DNA from: Patescibacteria group bacterium
Lineage (GTDB): Bacteria; Patescibacteriota; Microgenomatia; UBA1400; PJMF01
NCBI GenBank assembly: GCA_041747555.1
Contig: JBGTEY010000003.1
Coordinates: 19,127 to 83,126 of the forward strand
DNA length: 64,000 nucleotides
Direction: 5' to 3'
Part shown: piece by piece, positions 9,197 through 18,857 of the stretch
Numbering within the stretch: position 1 is the first letter of the stretch
How the letters are laid out: each line of letters begins with the position of its first letter
Translations under genes and position numbers: made by a program
Notes under the pieces: generated by a model
Database searches by the model: none
What the model was told of the DNA's origin: nothing
Seen by the model: the letters and a program-made list of their open reading frames with translations, nothing else

Positions 9197-10444
9197 CTAC
9201 TGATTATACTCCGCATAGACCATATTTTGCTTGAGTTGCACAATTTTTTTCGCACTCATATCGACGTGATCGCGAAACTCAGGAGAGGCTTGATACTGAC
9301 TTTCTAATGCCACAATAATCAGGTCTAGTTCCTCTGGGGTAACGCCTTCTCCAAAAAGTAAAACCTCTATTCCAGCCTCTGCAGCAGCAACCGCTACCTC
9401 TGTAAGTGGCGCCTCCTCCTCTGTGTCTTCTGCATCTTCCACTACTCTTGCAGAACTCATTTCAAGTGCATCAGAAATTACAAGTACTGCCGGGTATTCA
9501 CTCCTCAATTCACCAACACAATCTACACTTAGTGAGCACGGTACGTCAGCGTATTGGTTTACCACCCCAGCGTGTGAAATCATCACACCAATGTTTGGAT
9601 ACTGACCCAAAAGGTACTTATAAAGGTACACACTGTCGTCACTGACGGTGATTTGATCAAAATCGGTATGAAGATCTCGAGTAGTGTCACCAATTCCAGG
9701 AAAATGCTTGAGTACCGGCATCACCCCTTGTTTCGAGAATGCTTCAACAAAATCAATACCAGCCGTCAAAACTGCCAGTGGATCACCTGAGCAAATCCTG
9801 TCACCTAGCACGGGGTGATCTTCTGCGATGTCTACAACGGGCGCGAGCACCACATCGATGCCTACCCGAGAAATTTGTCGAGCTGATGTCTGCAAAATAC
9901 GTAATCGATCTGACCGATCTTGCGCACAAAGTGATTCCCATGAAGGAAGCGCCTCAAAACCCTCACCCCTTAACCGCTGCACCGAACCACCTTCATGGTC
10001 AACCATTATAATTGGCGTGGTTAGCGGCTGTTCCTCACTAGAAACTGAAGTAATAAATGACTGAGCTCGTTCACCAGAAAGTCCATCGCCAAAAATCGTG
10101 ACAAACCCATACGATTCTCGTGTAATTACTTCAGCTATTTCTGAATCTTCGGCAGAAGCATCGTCACCCAGCACTCGGTCGAAAATACCACTTGGTGTTG
10201 CAATTTCAACTGCATCGAGTGTTACAGGGGCAGCTATCATTTGCGCCACACGCTGTCGAGGAGTTAATTGATCAAAATAAAGCTCGTGAGCAGGAATCTC
10301 TACAATTGTTGGTGATGGGGTGGGTGGTGGTGGCGCAGGTTCAAATACTTCACCAAATGGCTGCACAAAGTAATTATAGCCAGCCACAACAGCCAAAATC
10401 ATCAATATAAAAATCAGGATTGAAGTTGACCAGCGCTGATTCAT
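9197..10444 (-). CDS. Glycoside hydrolase family 3 N-terminal domain protein (NagZ-like beta-N-acetylhexosaminidase), membrane-anchored
   Basis: KHFPGIGDTTRDLHTD matches the GH3 KHFPGHG motif, and LVISDALEMSSA matches the catalytic Asp region. It has an N-terminal TM and a PPPPTPSPT linker. The start overlaps the upstream ORF (ATGA). Confidence 0.75.
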   Translation of the reverse strand: MNQRWSTSILIFILMILAVVAGYNYFVQPFGEVFEPAPPPPTPSPTIVEIPAHELYFDQLTPRQRVAQMIAAPVTLDAVEIATPSGIFDRVLGDDASAEDSEIAEVITRESYGFVTIFGDGLSGERAQSFITSVSSEEQPLTTPIIMVDHEGGSVQRLRGEGFEALPSWESLCAQDRSDRLRILQTSARQISRVGIDVVLAPVVDIAEDHPVLGDRICSGDPLAVLTAGIDFVEAFSKQGVMPVLKHFPGIGDTTRDLHTDFDQITVSDDSVYLYKYLLGQYPNIGVMISHAGVVNQYADVPCSLSVDCVGELRSEYPAVLVISDALEMSSARVVEDAEDTEEEAPLTEVAVAAAEAGIEVLLFGEGVTPEELDLIIVALESQYQASPEFRDHVDMSAKKIVQLKQNMVYAEYNQ

Positions 10445-10809
10445 GATAGATCCTTATTTTTTTTGGCACTGGGTGATGTGGTTTTTTTTCGTTTTTCCTC
10501 GCGGAGCATTTTTACTTTCCACATAAATAATTTTGCTTTGCTCTTGGCAGATGCTGCATCTGCTACAAACGATCGGGCTTGCTCTAGGATGCCACGATCG
10601 GTTGTTTTTGCCATTTTAATGTATAAACTCTTGTGTGCTTCATCATTAAGCTCCATTGCCAATCGATAGCCATAATCCTGAAACTCTTGAGTAATATAGC
10701 CACCCTTGTCTTCAATTTGATAGTGATCAAACAGAGACGAAATTGGTTGAAATGCTCCTTTTTTGGTAGACATGTGTGTCTGTATCATATCATTGCTGAC
10801 AGGAGTCAC
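10441..10809 (-). CDS. hypothetical small protein
   Basis: 122 aa with a lysine-rich C-terminus. It overlaps both neighbours by 4 nt, giving an operon with the membrane protein and GH3 gene. Confidence 0.35.
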   Translation of the reverse strand: MTPVSNDMIQTHMSTKKGAFQPISSLFDHYQIEDKGGYITQEFQDYGYRLAMELNDEAHKSLYIKMAKTTDRGILEQARSFVADAASAKSKAKLFMWKVKMLREEKRKKTTSPSAKKNKDLS

Positions 10810-12032
10810 GACAGTCGATCTCGCATCAATAAACTCAACAACACACCCACTGCCGCAAAGACAAAGATACTGTTCCAGCTTGCATTAAAACTGACAAATA
10901 CGATAAATATCGACCAAAACAACAGCGCGCCAATGCCAAGCACAATTTCACGATATGCAAAATACGCTAAGTCTTTTTGACCTTTCGCTCGTTTTAGCCA
11001 AATACTGTCAAAGTTGAGCCAATGAAAATTGGATAATAACTTATCAACACTATCGAGCAGTCCTATCGCAAGCGGCTGAATAATTTGCAAGCGCACCAAC
11101 CAAATTAAACTCAACAAAGTACCAGAGGTGAAAAATGGCCTGTTACTACTTGATCGCCGTGAGTCAATGTACCAACCAACCGCAAAATTAAGCAGCATTG
11201 CTAAGATTAGAGATACGCTATATAAGTACCCGACCTTATCGATGCTTCCCAGCAAGTGGAGCACATAGAGCGGCCAGACAAACAACGCCGCGTCATTAAA
11301 ATACTTACCAATAAATGACACACCCAATCGGCGATACTCAGGCTCACGCACCCAGCTCAAAAATTCATCCCAAGTAGCTCGATGCTTAATTGCTCTATCT
11401 TGAATTTGCAACGTCAGCGCCAAACCCACCACCGGGCCAATAATCGCCACCAAGTAAATTACCTCTAAATTGTATAAAACCGCCACGAGTCCACTTATCG
11501 CCGGCACAATCGCCGCCGTCAACTGCAACAAGAACTGTATTAACCCCAAGTCTTTTCCCATATTCTTTTGATTGGTATTTTCGGAGAGCAGTGTGTGAAA
11601 ACTATTCCAGAAGAAAGGCATTTGGATGCCTTCCAAAACAGCTACCACCCATACCAACATAGGATTCCATTCAGATTTATAAAAAAGTATCAAAACAATA
11701 ATTCGCAATAAAAATGCTACAGCCAATCCTCTTGAGAGACCTATTTGCGCAATTATGTTTGAAATAGGAATTGAAGTAAGCATTACTATCACCCGACCGA
11801 TCAATAAAAACAGCGCAATCGTCAACAATCCCGCCTGAAAAGCAGAAATCGGCAAGAATGCCAGCAAATCAGTGGTGCTACCAATTCTAAACAGGAAGAT
11901 CGGTAAAAAGAAAAATGCCAGCTTATTAACAATATCCCGCACCACTCGCACGGCATAAATATACTCAGCATTCCGACCAAGATCAGCCTTAAATGCAAAG
12001 AAGTGTAAGTGTGGCAGGTGATGCTGCGGCAT
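10806..12032 (-). CDS. polytopic membrane protein (transporter/flippase-like, about 12 TM)
   Basis: 408 aa, hydrophobic throughout. No diagnostic motif is recognised. Confidence 0.4.
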   Translation of the reverse strand: MPQHHLPHLHFFAFKADLGRNAEYIYAVRVVRDIVNKLAFFFLPIFLFRIGSTTDLLAFLPISAFQAGLLTIALFLLIGRVIVMLTSIPISNIIAQIGLSRGLAVAFLLRIIVLILFYKSEWNPMLVWVVAVLEGIQMPFFWNSFHTLLSENTNQKNMGKDLGLIQFLLQLTAAIVPAISGLVAVLYNLEVIYLVAIIGPVVGLALTLQIQDRAIKHRATWDEFLSWVREPEYRRLGVSFIGKYFNDAALFVWPLYVLHLLGSIDKVGYLYSVSLILAMLLNFAVGWYIDSRRSSSNRPFFTSGTLLSLIWLVRLQIIQPLAIGLLDSVDKLLSNFHWLNFDSIWLKRAKGQKDLAYFAYREIVLGIGALLFWSIFIVFVSFNASWNSIFVFAAVGVLLSLLMRDRLS

Positions 12033-12046
12033 ACATTTGAGTATAC

Positions 12047-12580
12047 CTACATTCGGGACAGCACATCAGTGACAATTGAATCTTTTATCAAAGTGTCCAC
12101 TAGTGTTTTTTCATCTGATAAAAATGGCTGCAAAACATACGACTCGGGCGGTATCTGCCGATTTCCCTGACGTCCATCCACACCAATTCTGACATGCCAA
12201 AAATCATCACTCCCCAGATGTTGATAGAGCGACAAGAGACCATTATGCCCTTTTGGACCTTTTTGCTGAATTTTGTAGCTACCCACTTCAATATCTAGAT
12301 CATCAAAGAACACATATGTATTCTCTGGCCTAAACTCAATTGAGTAGAAATTAAGCGATGACGTCACGGCTTCTCCCGATTTATTCATGAATGTTTGCGG
12401 CTTGATATACAGCTCGTTCGGGCTTTTGGCCACCTCAGCCTGGCATCGCTTCATATCTTTCCAAATTGCCCCACGAGCCTCTGCGACAGCATCGACTGCC
12501 CAAAAACCAGCGTTGTGTCGCGTTTTTTCGTATGTATTTCCTGGATTTCCTAAGCCAATGAGCGCGTGCATGCTGTTCAT
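12047..12580 (-). CDS. pth: Peptidyl-tRNA hydrolase
   Basis: ALIGLGNPGNTYEKTRHNAGF is the canonical Pth N-terminal motif. The ORF-track start at 12688 is probably over-extended; a start at MNSMH (12580) fits Pth length. Confidence 0.85.
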   Translation of the reverse strand: MNSMHALIGLGNPGNTYEKTRHNAGFWAVDAVAEARGAIWKDMKRCQAEVAKSPNELYIKPQTFMNKSGEAVTSSLNFYSIEFRPENTYVFFDDLDIEVGSYKIQQKGPKGHNGLLSLYQHLGSDDFWHVRIGVDGRQGNRQIPPESYVLQPFLSDEKTLVDTLIKDSIVTDVLSRM

Positions 12581-12634
12581 TATAACAATGAATTCACCCA
12601 TGCGCGGCACAATGCAGCGCCGCAGTACTATATA

Positions 12635-13744
12635 ATGACCAAAAACATGAATAAAAAGATTCTCATACTCAGCTCGATCCAGGGACACGCTAGTCTGGCA
12701 GAAGCAATGCGTGAAACGTTAGAAAGCAATGACTTTGAACCGGTAGTGCACTCATATCCTGACCCAATTTTGCCAGCATATCGAGTTTTTTACCAACATG
12801 CTCCCCAATTAATTAAAATTGCATACCTTGGCGTCAACCGCACCTCTCTGGAGTTATTTGTCAGACAGTATCTGCAGACTAACTATGACAAACGCTTGCT
12901 CGATCAAATTGAAATTCACGAACCATCGTGCATTGTCTGCACAAATTGGGGTTTTAACCCTTCGCTAGATAAATATTCAGAAAAAAATGCTGTTCCTGCG
13001 GTAAATATACTTAATGACCCCAGAACTTTTTTTAATTTTAATGTCATGAATCACGGGACAATTAATTGCGTATTTGATGAAACCGTTGCCACGGCAGTCA
13101 AAAAACAATTTCCAAATGCAAAGGTCAAAGTCACAGGCTGGCCTGTGCAGAAAGCGTTTGAAGAGCGCTACGAAATGGAAGACGTTCGAAAAGAACTAGG
13201 ATTTGAACTTGATAAACCAGTCTTTTTGTTCGTCACTGGATCTGAAGGGACTAAAAAGGTCTCGCCGATTGTCGAAGAACTTATTGATCACGAACTACCG
13301 ATTCAAATTGCGGTCATTTGCGGAAGAAACAAGCAACTAACCCAAGAACTTGAAGTAATGAAGGATGACTTGAAGACAGCATCCCCAACTACATTAACGG
13401 TGCTCGGCTTCACCAAAGAGATTTATAAATATATGCAGGCAAGTGACCTAATCATTGGTAAAGCTGGACCTAATACACTCTTTGAATCCGTGGCAACCCT
13501 AACGCCATTTATGGCAACAACGCATATTTCTGGTCAAGAAGACGGAAATCTTGATATTATTACAGAATATAATGTTGGCTATGTGGCCGAAGATAACACG
13601 CTTGCGGTAGAAAAATTAATTGAACTTGGAAAAAATCCCAAAAAACTTACGTCGTTTCAACCCGCGCTCAAAAAACTGGCTGCGCATAACGCGCGCTCCA
13701 AACAGGCAATTCTCGATATCATTACTGCCAAAATTAAAAGCTAG
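12635..13744 (+). CDS. MGDG-synthase/UgtP-like glycosyltransferase (GT28; glycolipid synthase)
   Basis: KKILILSSIQGHASLA matches the MGDG_synth N-terminal KxLILTAxxGxGH. VKVTGWPVQKAF and AVICGRNKQL align with the B. subtilis UgtP VKITGIPIRPQF and VVCGKN regions. The start is taken at the internal ATG at 12635. Confidence 0.7.
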   Translation: MTKNMNKKILILSSIQGHASLAEAMRETLESNDFEPVVHSYPDPILPAYRVFYQHAPQLIKIAYLGVNRTSLELFVRQYLQTNYDKRLLDQIEIHEPSCIVCTNWGFNPSLDKYSEKNAVPAVNILNDPRTFFNFNVMNHGTINCVFDETVATAVKKQFPNAKVKVTGWPVQKAFEERYEMEDVRKELGFELDKPVFLFVTGSEGTKKVSPIVEELIDHELPIQIAVICGRNKQLTQELEVMKDDLKTASPTTLTVLGFTKEIYKYMQASDLIIGKAGPNTLFESVATLTPFMATTHISGQEDGNLDIITEYNVGYVAEDNTLAVEKLIELGKNPKKLTSFQPALKKLAAHNARSKQAILDIITAKIKS

Positions 13745-13774
13745 TTCTCGAGAAATTTCAGCTATCCACAGCCA

Positions 13775-15562
13775 TTACGACTGTTCCAGTTGTGCTAACT
13801 GCGAAATTTCTTCTAAAGTCGTCGCGTCCGTCCATTTTTTATCTTCGCGAACTTTTCTAAGCCGAGGAAATCGCAACGCGACACCTGCACTATGATTTGG
13901 CGAACGCGTAATTTCATCAGCAGCAATTTCTACCACAATTTCGGGTGCAATCCAGACGTCGGGAGTGAGACTTTTGTCAACAAAATAAGCTGGTGGTTTT
14001 TCTGAAACCGCTATGTCATCACACAGTTTTTTGATCGAGGTGAGTTGATCCTCTGAGATGCCGGTGCCTATTTTGGCGACGGTGCGAATTTCTTGGGCGG
14101 TGTTGAGCGCGCCGACCAAAAATGCCCCAATTCCAAATGAGGCGCGCTTCCCGCGACCTCGGTAGTAGCCCATGATGACTAAATCAAGAGTATCAGCTAG
14201 TTTTCCCGACGTTCCCTCAGCTTCTTTGATCTTGACCCACCGCCAGCCTTTTCGGCCGCTTCGGTATTTGGAATCAATTTTTTTGATGACTGCGCCCTCA
14301 AGTTCATCCGCCAAATACTCATCATGCAATGCTCTGAGAATGGCTGGATCGCTCGTTTTTGTTATTGGAGTGAATTGGAGCGTGTCGGTGTCTTCAAACT
14401 GCACTCTTAAAATATCTTTTCGTTCAAAAAGTGGCGTGTTTAAGAGTGATTTTCCGTCGATACTCATGATATCAAAGGCAAAAAACCGAATCGGCACATC
14501 CTCCGACGCACTTTTAATATCATGCTTTCTTTTGCGAGTGATCGTGTCCTGAAACAGCAATAACTTATCAGTTTGCGGGTCATATCCAATTGCCTCGGCA
14601 TCCAGAATACACCGCTCACACCGCAAGAGGTTTCCAACTTCTACCAACTCAGGGAACATATGCGAAACATCTTCTAAACTCCGACTAAATGCGCGAACTC
14701 CCTCTGGTGTTTTATGAATTTGCACACGCAATCCGTCGTATTTTGGCTCTGCGAGTACCTCACCCATTTTTTCAATAATTTCTGCCGCAGAATTAAGTCG
14801 CTGACATAATGCGGGCACAATTGGCACTCCAGCTTGTACGGTAAAACCAGAAAGAATTTTTCTTGCTGCAGCCTCATCCTTCAATTCTTCTATAGAATGC
14901 TTGAGGAAAAATGCAGCCAACGCGCCTATGTCCGCTTGCTGTTGATACGCCTGCTCAAGAACATCTCTGTGCGATTTATCACCAGAAACTGCCCAGGACA
15001 ACGCGTCTAACAACGTCATCACCGAAAAACCAAGTCGTAATTTTCCAATAATAATCCGAGCCACAAATCTACAAGAAACCGGATCAAGATCCACAAACAG
15101 CGCAGTCAATTTCTGCAGTTTTTGTTCCTGTGACCCAGCTCCCGATTCCCGAGCGATAGTTTCTAGTCGAGAGAAAACTTCAAGAACTGAGAGATTTTTT
15201 ACTGTCTCAGCACTTCGCTCTCGCACCGCTTCTGCAACCAAGCCAACGTCACCGAGTCTTTTATAGAGCGCAGTCACCTCGTCAACACCCAAGCTCGCAT
15301 CAGACTCACCGAATAAATTGGTCGCCTCACCCGTTTGCAATAATCGAGCCAGCGCCCGAATCACCATTTTTGCAGAAAGTTGAAATTCAAGCGATTCAAA
15401 TGCGGGTACTAATTTACCTTGCAACAAATAACTCGCAGGCTGTCGCTCGTCGTCATCAAGCTCGAGATACAGCTTCGCCAATAACTCCGTGAGCACCAGC
15501 CGTGACTGCTCAACTTCTAAAGCACTCAATTTTTCTGAAAATTTTGAAAAATACATACTCAC
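13775..15562 (-). CDS. lig: ATP-dependent DNA ligase
   Basis: AEPKYDGLRVQIH is the KxDG adenylation motif. The 595-aa length and overall layout match archaeal/eukaryal-type Lig proteins. Confidence 0.85.
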   Translation of the reverse strand: MSMYFSKFSEKLSALEVEQSRLVLTELLAKLYLELDDDERQPASYLLQGKLVPAFESLEFQLSAKMVIRALARLLQTGEATNLFGESDASLGVDEVTALYKRLGDVGLVAEAVRERSAETVKNLSVLEVFSRLETIARESGAGSQEQKLQKLTALFVDLDPVSCRFVARIIIGKLRLGFSVMTLLDALSWAVSGDKSHRDVLEQAYQQQADIGALAAFFLKHSIEELKDEAAARKILSGFTVQAGVPIVPALCQRLNSAAEIIEKMGEVLAEPKYDGLRVQIHKTPEGVRAFSRSLEDVSHMFPELVEVGNLLRCERCILDAEAIGYDPQTDKLLLFQDTITRKRKHDIKSASEDVPIRFFAFDIMSIDGKSLLNTPLFERKDILRVQFEDTDTLQFTPITKTSDPAILRALHDEYLADELEGAVIKKIDSKYRSGRKGWRWVKIKEAEGTSGKLADTLDLVIMGYYRGRGKRASFGIGAFLVGALNTAQEIRTVAKIGTGISEDQLTSIKKLCDDIAVSEKPPAYFVDKSLTPDVWIAPEIVVEIAADEITRSPNHSAGVALRFPRLRKVREDKKWTDATTLEEISQLAQLEQS

Positions 15563-15583
15563 CAGTATAGAACACCTCGACCA

Positions 15584-16675
15584 CTACTCAACCAGCTGAT
15601 ACCGCACACCTTTGGTCACACCCAATTTTTTTATGACACCTTTTTCTATTAAATCCTTAACATCGCGCAGAATTGTATCGACGGAAATGTTTGGCAATGC
15701 TGATTGCATGTCATCAGAGGTAACATTTTCTTGATTTTGAAACATCTCCAAAATAATTATCTGACGCTCTGAGAGTGCAACTTGTTGACCCAATTGTTTC
15801 TTTAACTTGAGGTCTTTTGACAATTTTGTAACTTGATCTTTGACTTTATCAACCTCAATTGCCACACCGTAGCAAAAATACTCAAGCCAATACGTCATGT
15901 CGTGCGTCTCATTTTGCTGAACCGATAATAACGCTTGATAGTACGCTTCAACATCGCCGTCAAAATACTGTTCAATAGAAAAAAACTTTTTAAAATCATA
16001 ATCCTTGAGATACAAAAGTAATGTCGCCATTGCACGGGCAGTTCTGCCGTTTCCCTCGATAAAAGGATGGACGTACACCAATTGATAATGGGTAATCGCC
16101 GCCACGAATATAGGATGTAACCGCTCTGCATCTTCAGATGTGACCCATGCAAAAAAATCTTCAACCAAGTAAGGAATTTCTATCGACACCGGTGGGCGAA
16201 ACACCACCGCGCCACTGGTGGCACTTTTTACAATCACTTGTTTATCCCGATACGCGCCTGAATATTGCTTCTCTACCAATCGATTAACCGTTAATTTATG
16301 GAGTGTCCGCAAAGTATCCATGGTAAAAACAGAGCCCAGTGCGCTTGGCTTTTGCGAATCGATCCAGGACAACACATTTCTGTAGTTGATCACTTCTTGA
16401 ATATCGCGTTCGCGCGCCATGATGCCGGTTTTTCTGACCACCTCATCGGTATCAGAGATTTCATCGAGTCTCACCACCTGCTCTGCCTGTGTTTGACTGA
16501 GATCATTTCCTTCAATTTTAGTACCAAAGTGAACTGATTTGGTGAATGCTTCGTCTCTAAATTTGGCTTCCCACGCGGGAACAAGCGGTGCATTATCAAT
16601 CAACGCCTTCGCCGACTCAATTCGACTGATATATGTCAAGAGATTATTTGAGATAGAAAAGACAGGTTTAAACAT
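15584..16675 (-). CDS. Fic family protein (Fido domain AMPylator-type) with C-terminal winged-helix
   Basis: HPFIEGNGRTARAM matches the Fic motif HPFx(D/E)GNGRxxR. Confidence 0.85.
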   Translation of the reverse strand: MFKPVFSISNNLLTYISRIESAKALIDNAPLVPAWEAKFRDEAFTKSVHFGTKIEGNDLSQTQAEQVVRLDEISDTDEVVRKTGIMARERDIQEVINYRNVLSWIDSQKPSALGSVFTMDTLRTLHKLTVNRLVEKQYSGAYRDKQVIVKSATSGAVVFRPPVSIEIPYLVEDFFAWVTSEDAERLHPIFVAAITHYQLVYVHPFIEGNGRTARAMATLLLYLKDYDFKKFFSIEQYFDGDVEAYYQALLSVQQNETHDMTYWLEYFCYGVAIEVDKVKDQVTKLSKDLKLKKQLGQQVALSERQIIILEMFQNQENVTSDDMQSALPNISVDTILRDVKDLIEKGVIKKLGVTKGVRYQLVE

Positions 16676-16770
16676 GGTGTGATGCTGACAGTATAGTTAT
16701 TTTTGCAGAATTTGCAATGAAAAAATAAGCGCAAGAACACCGAACTTAAAAAAATTTCGTAGGTTCTTTT

Positions 16771-17778
16771 CTAGTTGGAGTTAGCTCTAGACGAGATCAA
16801 GTCCCACAAAACTTGTGGAATTGCCTCAACCAAATCACTGGCATTGAAAAATGGCCCCGTGCGCTCTGCCAATACCTCACCTGCACGCTTGTTGACGAGC
16901 GTCGCAGCGACACTTGCCACCCATTGATCATTGGTGCACGCGAGTGCTGCCAATAAACCTGCCAGAACATCGCCCGTACCGCCTTTGGTGAGTCCAGGAT
17001 TTCCCCCAGTGATGATTTGCGAATGATGCTTGTTGAAAATCAAATCCTCTTCACCCTTTAAAACAATTAGGCACCCTGTATTTACGAGCTTACTTACATG
17101 CAAATGATTGAAGCTTGAAAGCTGTTCTAACTCAAGTTTAGTCGCGCTTTGGGTAGCACTATCCCCCTCGTCAAATTGGCTCAAGGTCTCTTGTCGTTCC
17201 AGCAACCGCTCCAACTCCCCAGTGTGCGGTGTCAAAATACACCGCTCGGTCAAAAGGCGCGGATCACACATTTGGAGCGCGCCCGCATCAATCACCCATT
17301 TTTTTTCGGGAAATTGTGCAAGGAGGTAATTAACAATTATCTGGGTGTTTGTCATCCAGTCGTCTTTAGAAAGTTTTTCCTCAAGCCACGAAGCAGGATC
17401 TGCATGCAAAATTTCATCTTCTGGAGACACCCGCGTCATTCCTGGACCAATCAAAATGCAATCGGCTTCATCAATATAATTAAATATTTCTGTACGCGGA
17501 ATCACAATTCCGTTCCAAAAAGACTTTTTTACTTCTTGAATCAATTCGTTATTCTCTGGAACAGAAGAATAAAAAACCATATCAACAAATTTAGAAGCGA
17601 TATCGAGACTCCATTTGCTGGCGCCATGAAATAATTCAGAACCACCGATTATCAGCAATTTGCCATTTTGACCTTTGTGGGAGTCTGATTTGGGGAGTAC
17701 CACAGAATCCTTGATAAACTTTTCAAGCTCTGACAGATTTTTGACTGGTTGAAAGGAATCTGATTGCGACATGGTCAT
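16771..17778 (-). CDS. nnrD: ADP-dependent NAD(P)H-hydrate dehydratase (YjeF C-terminal domain family)
   Basis: GKLLIIGGSELFHGAS and GNPGLTKGGTGDVLAGLLAAL are YjeF_C/carbohydrate-kinase signatures. Confidence 0.75.
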   Translation of the reverse strand: MTMSQSDSFQPVKNLSELEKFIKDSVVLPKSDSHKGQNGKLLIIGGSELFHGASKWSLDIASKFVDMVFYSSVPENNELIQEVKKSFWNGIVIPRTEIFNYIDEADCILIGPGMTRVSPEDEILHADPASWLEEKLSKDDWMTNTQIIVNYLLAQFPEKKWVIDAGALQMCDPRLLTERCILTPHTGELERLLERQETLSQFDEGDSATQSATKLELEQLSSFNHLHVSKLVNTGCLIVLKGEEDLIFNKHHSQIITGGNPGLTKGGTGDVLAGLLAALACTNDQWVASVAATLVNKRAGEVLAERTGPFFNASDLVEAIPQVLWDLISSRANSN

Positions 17779-18827
17779 AGCAGTATAATCGTGGCATCCT
17801 GAGCTGTCACGCTGGATTGTACTTCGTCGACGATAGATTTGGTGGCGGTGGTGAGGATGGTTTGATACGTGTCGGTGAGCGAAAGCACCATTTCTCGCTT
17901 TTCTCGATCAAGTTCTGACAGAATATCATCCAGCAGTAATATCGGTGTTTGATCTGATTGATCTGTCAAAAAAGCTAACTCGCACATTTTGAGCCACAAG
18001 ACCGCAAGACGCTGCTGCCCCCGAGACCCATAGGTGCCTATGTCTCTAAATTCTCCACCAATGACTAGTTCAACTGACACATCATCTTTTTGCGGACCTA
18101 TCAAACTTCTGCCTGCTGCAATTTCTTTTGAATAATATTTCTCCTGTCGTTCTTCTGAAATTATTGACGGCAAATAGTGCCCCCGAAAGGAAACGGGAAA
18201 TTCAACTTGGGTAAAATACTCAACCAATCGCTGGCGATATTTTTGAATGAGGGTTCCGTGCTTGAGGAGGGTTTGGTTCCAGTAGTGAAGTGTAGTTTTT
18301 GACATCTCTCCTTCTCGCACTTGTTGGAGGAGTTTGTTGCGTCGCCGAAGTGCTTTATCATATGTAGACAGTGATCGATCGTAATCAGGAAATAGTAACA
18401 TTAGCGGGGCATCCAAGAATGCACGACGTCTGGGTGGCGAACCCTCAATCAGCCGCATATCTTCTGGCCGAAATACAACCGATTGAAACGCCCCTGTCAC
18501 CGATCGCTTTTGCTTCCTCACTCCATTAAGGCTAAAAATCCGGGGCGCAGCACGCTTGCCCTGCACCAATCCCGTGGTGAGCAAGACTTCTATAGTGTCA
18601 TCTTCTGTTTTGCCCGTTACTCGCGCTAGCTCTGAACCAAACTTGATCATTTCATCGGTCTTGGTGGCGCGAAAACTTCCGCCAGTCGAGAGTAAATGGA
18701 TCGCTTCTATAATAGTAGTCTTGCCGATCGCATTAGGGCCAACCAAAACCGTGATACTTTTCTCAAAATCTATCTTCTTATTTGAATAAGCTCTAAAATC
18801 CTGGAGTGCAATCGTACGAAGGGTCAT
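17775..18827 (-). CDS. recF: DNA replication and repair protein RecF
   Basis: The N-terminus LRTIALQDFRAYSNKKIDFEKSITVLVGPNAIGKTTIIEAI and the C-terminal SMC-like signature LLLDDILSELD match RecF. Confidence 0.9.
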   Translation of the reverse strand: MTLRTIALQDFRAYSNKKIDFEKSITVLVGPNAIGKTTIIEAIHLLSTGGSFRATKTDEMIKFGSELARVTGKTEDDTIEVLLTTGLVQGKRAAPRIFSLNGVRKQKRSVTGAFQSVVFRPEDMRLIEGSPPRRRAFLDAPLMLLFPDYDRSLSTYDKALRRRNKLLQQVREGEMSKTTLHYWNQTLLKHGTLIQKYRQRLVEYFTQVEFPVSFRGHYLPSIISEERQEKYYSKEIAAGRSLIGPQKDDVSVELVIGGEFRDIGTYGSRGQQRLAVLWLKMCELAFLTDQSDQTPILLLDDILSELDREKREMVLSLTDTYQTILTTATKSIVDEVQSSVTAQDATIILL

Positions 18828-18857
18828 GGGTGTATTGTACCTGACGCGTGGCGAGCT

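Noticed and set aside
12566-12688. Overlap of the track ORFs for pth (to 12688, -) and the glycosyltransferase (from 12566, +)
   Set aside because: Both are over-extended by the ORF caller. Motif positions place the pth start at about 12580 and the glycosyltransferase start at ATG 12635, which removes the overlap.
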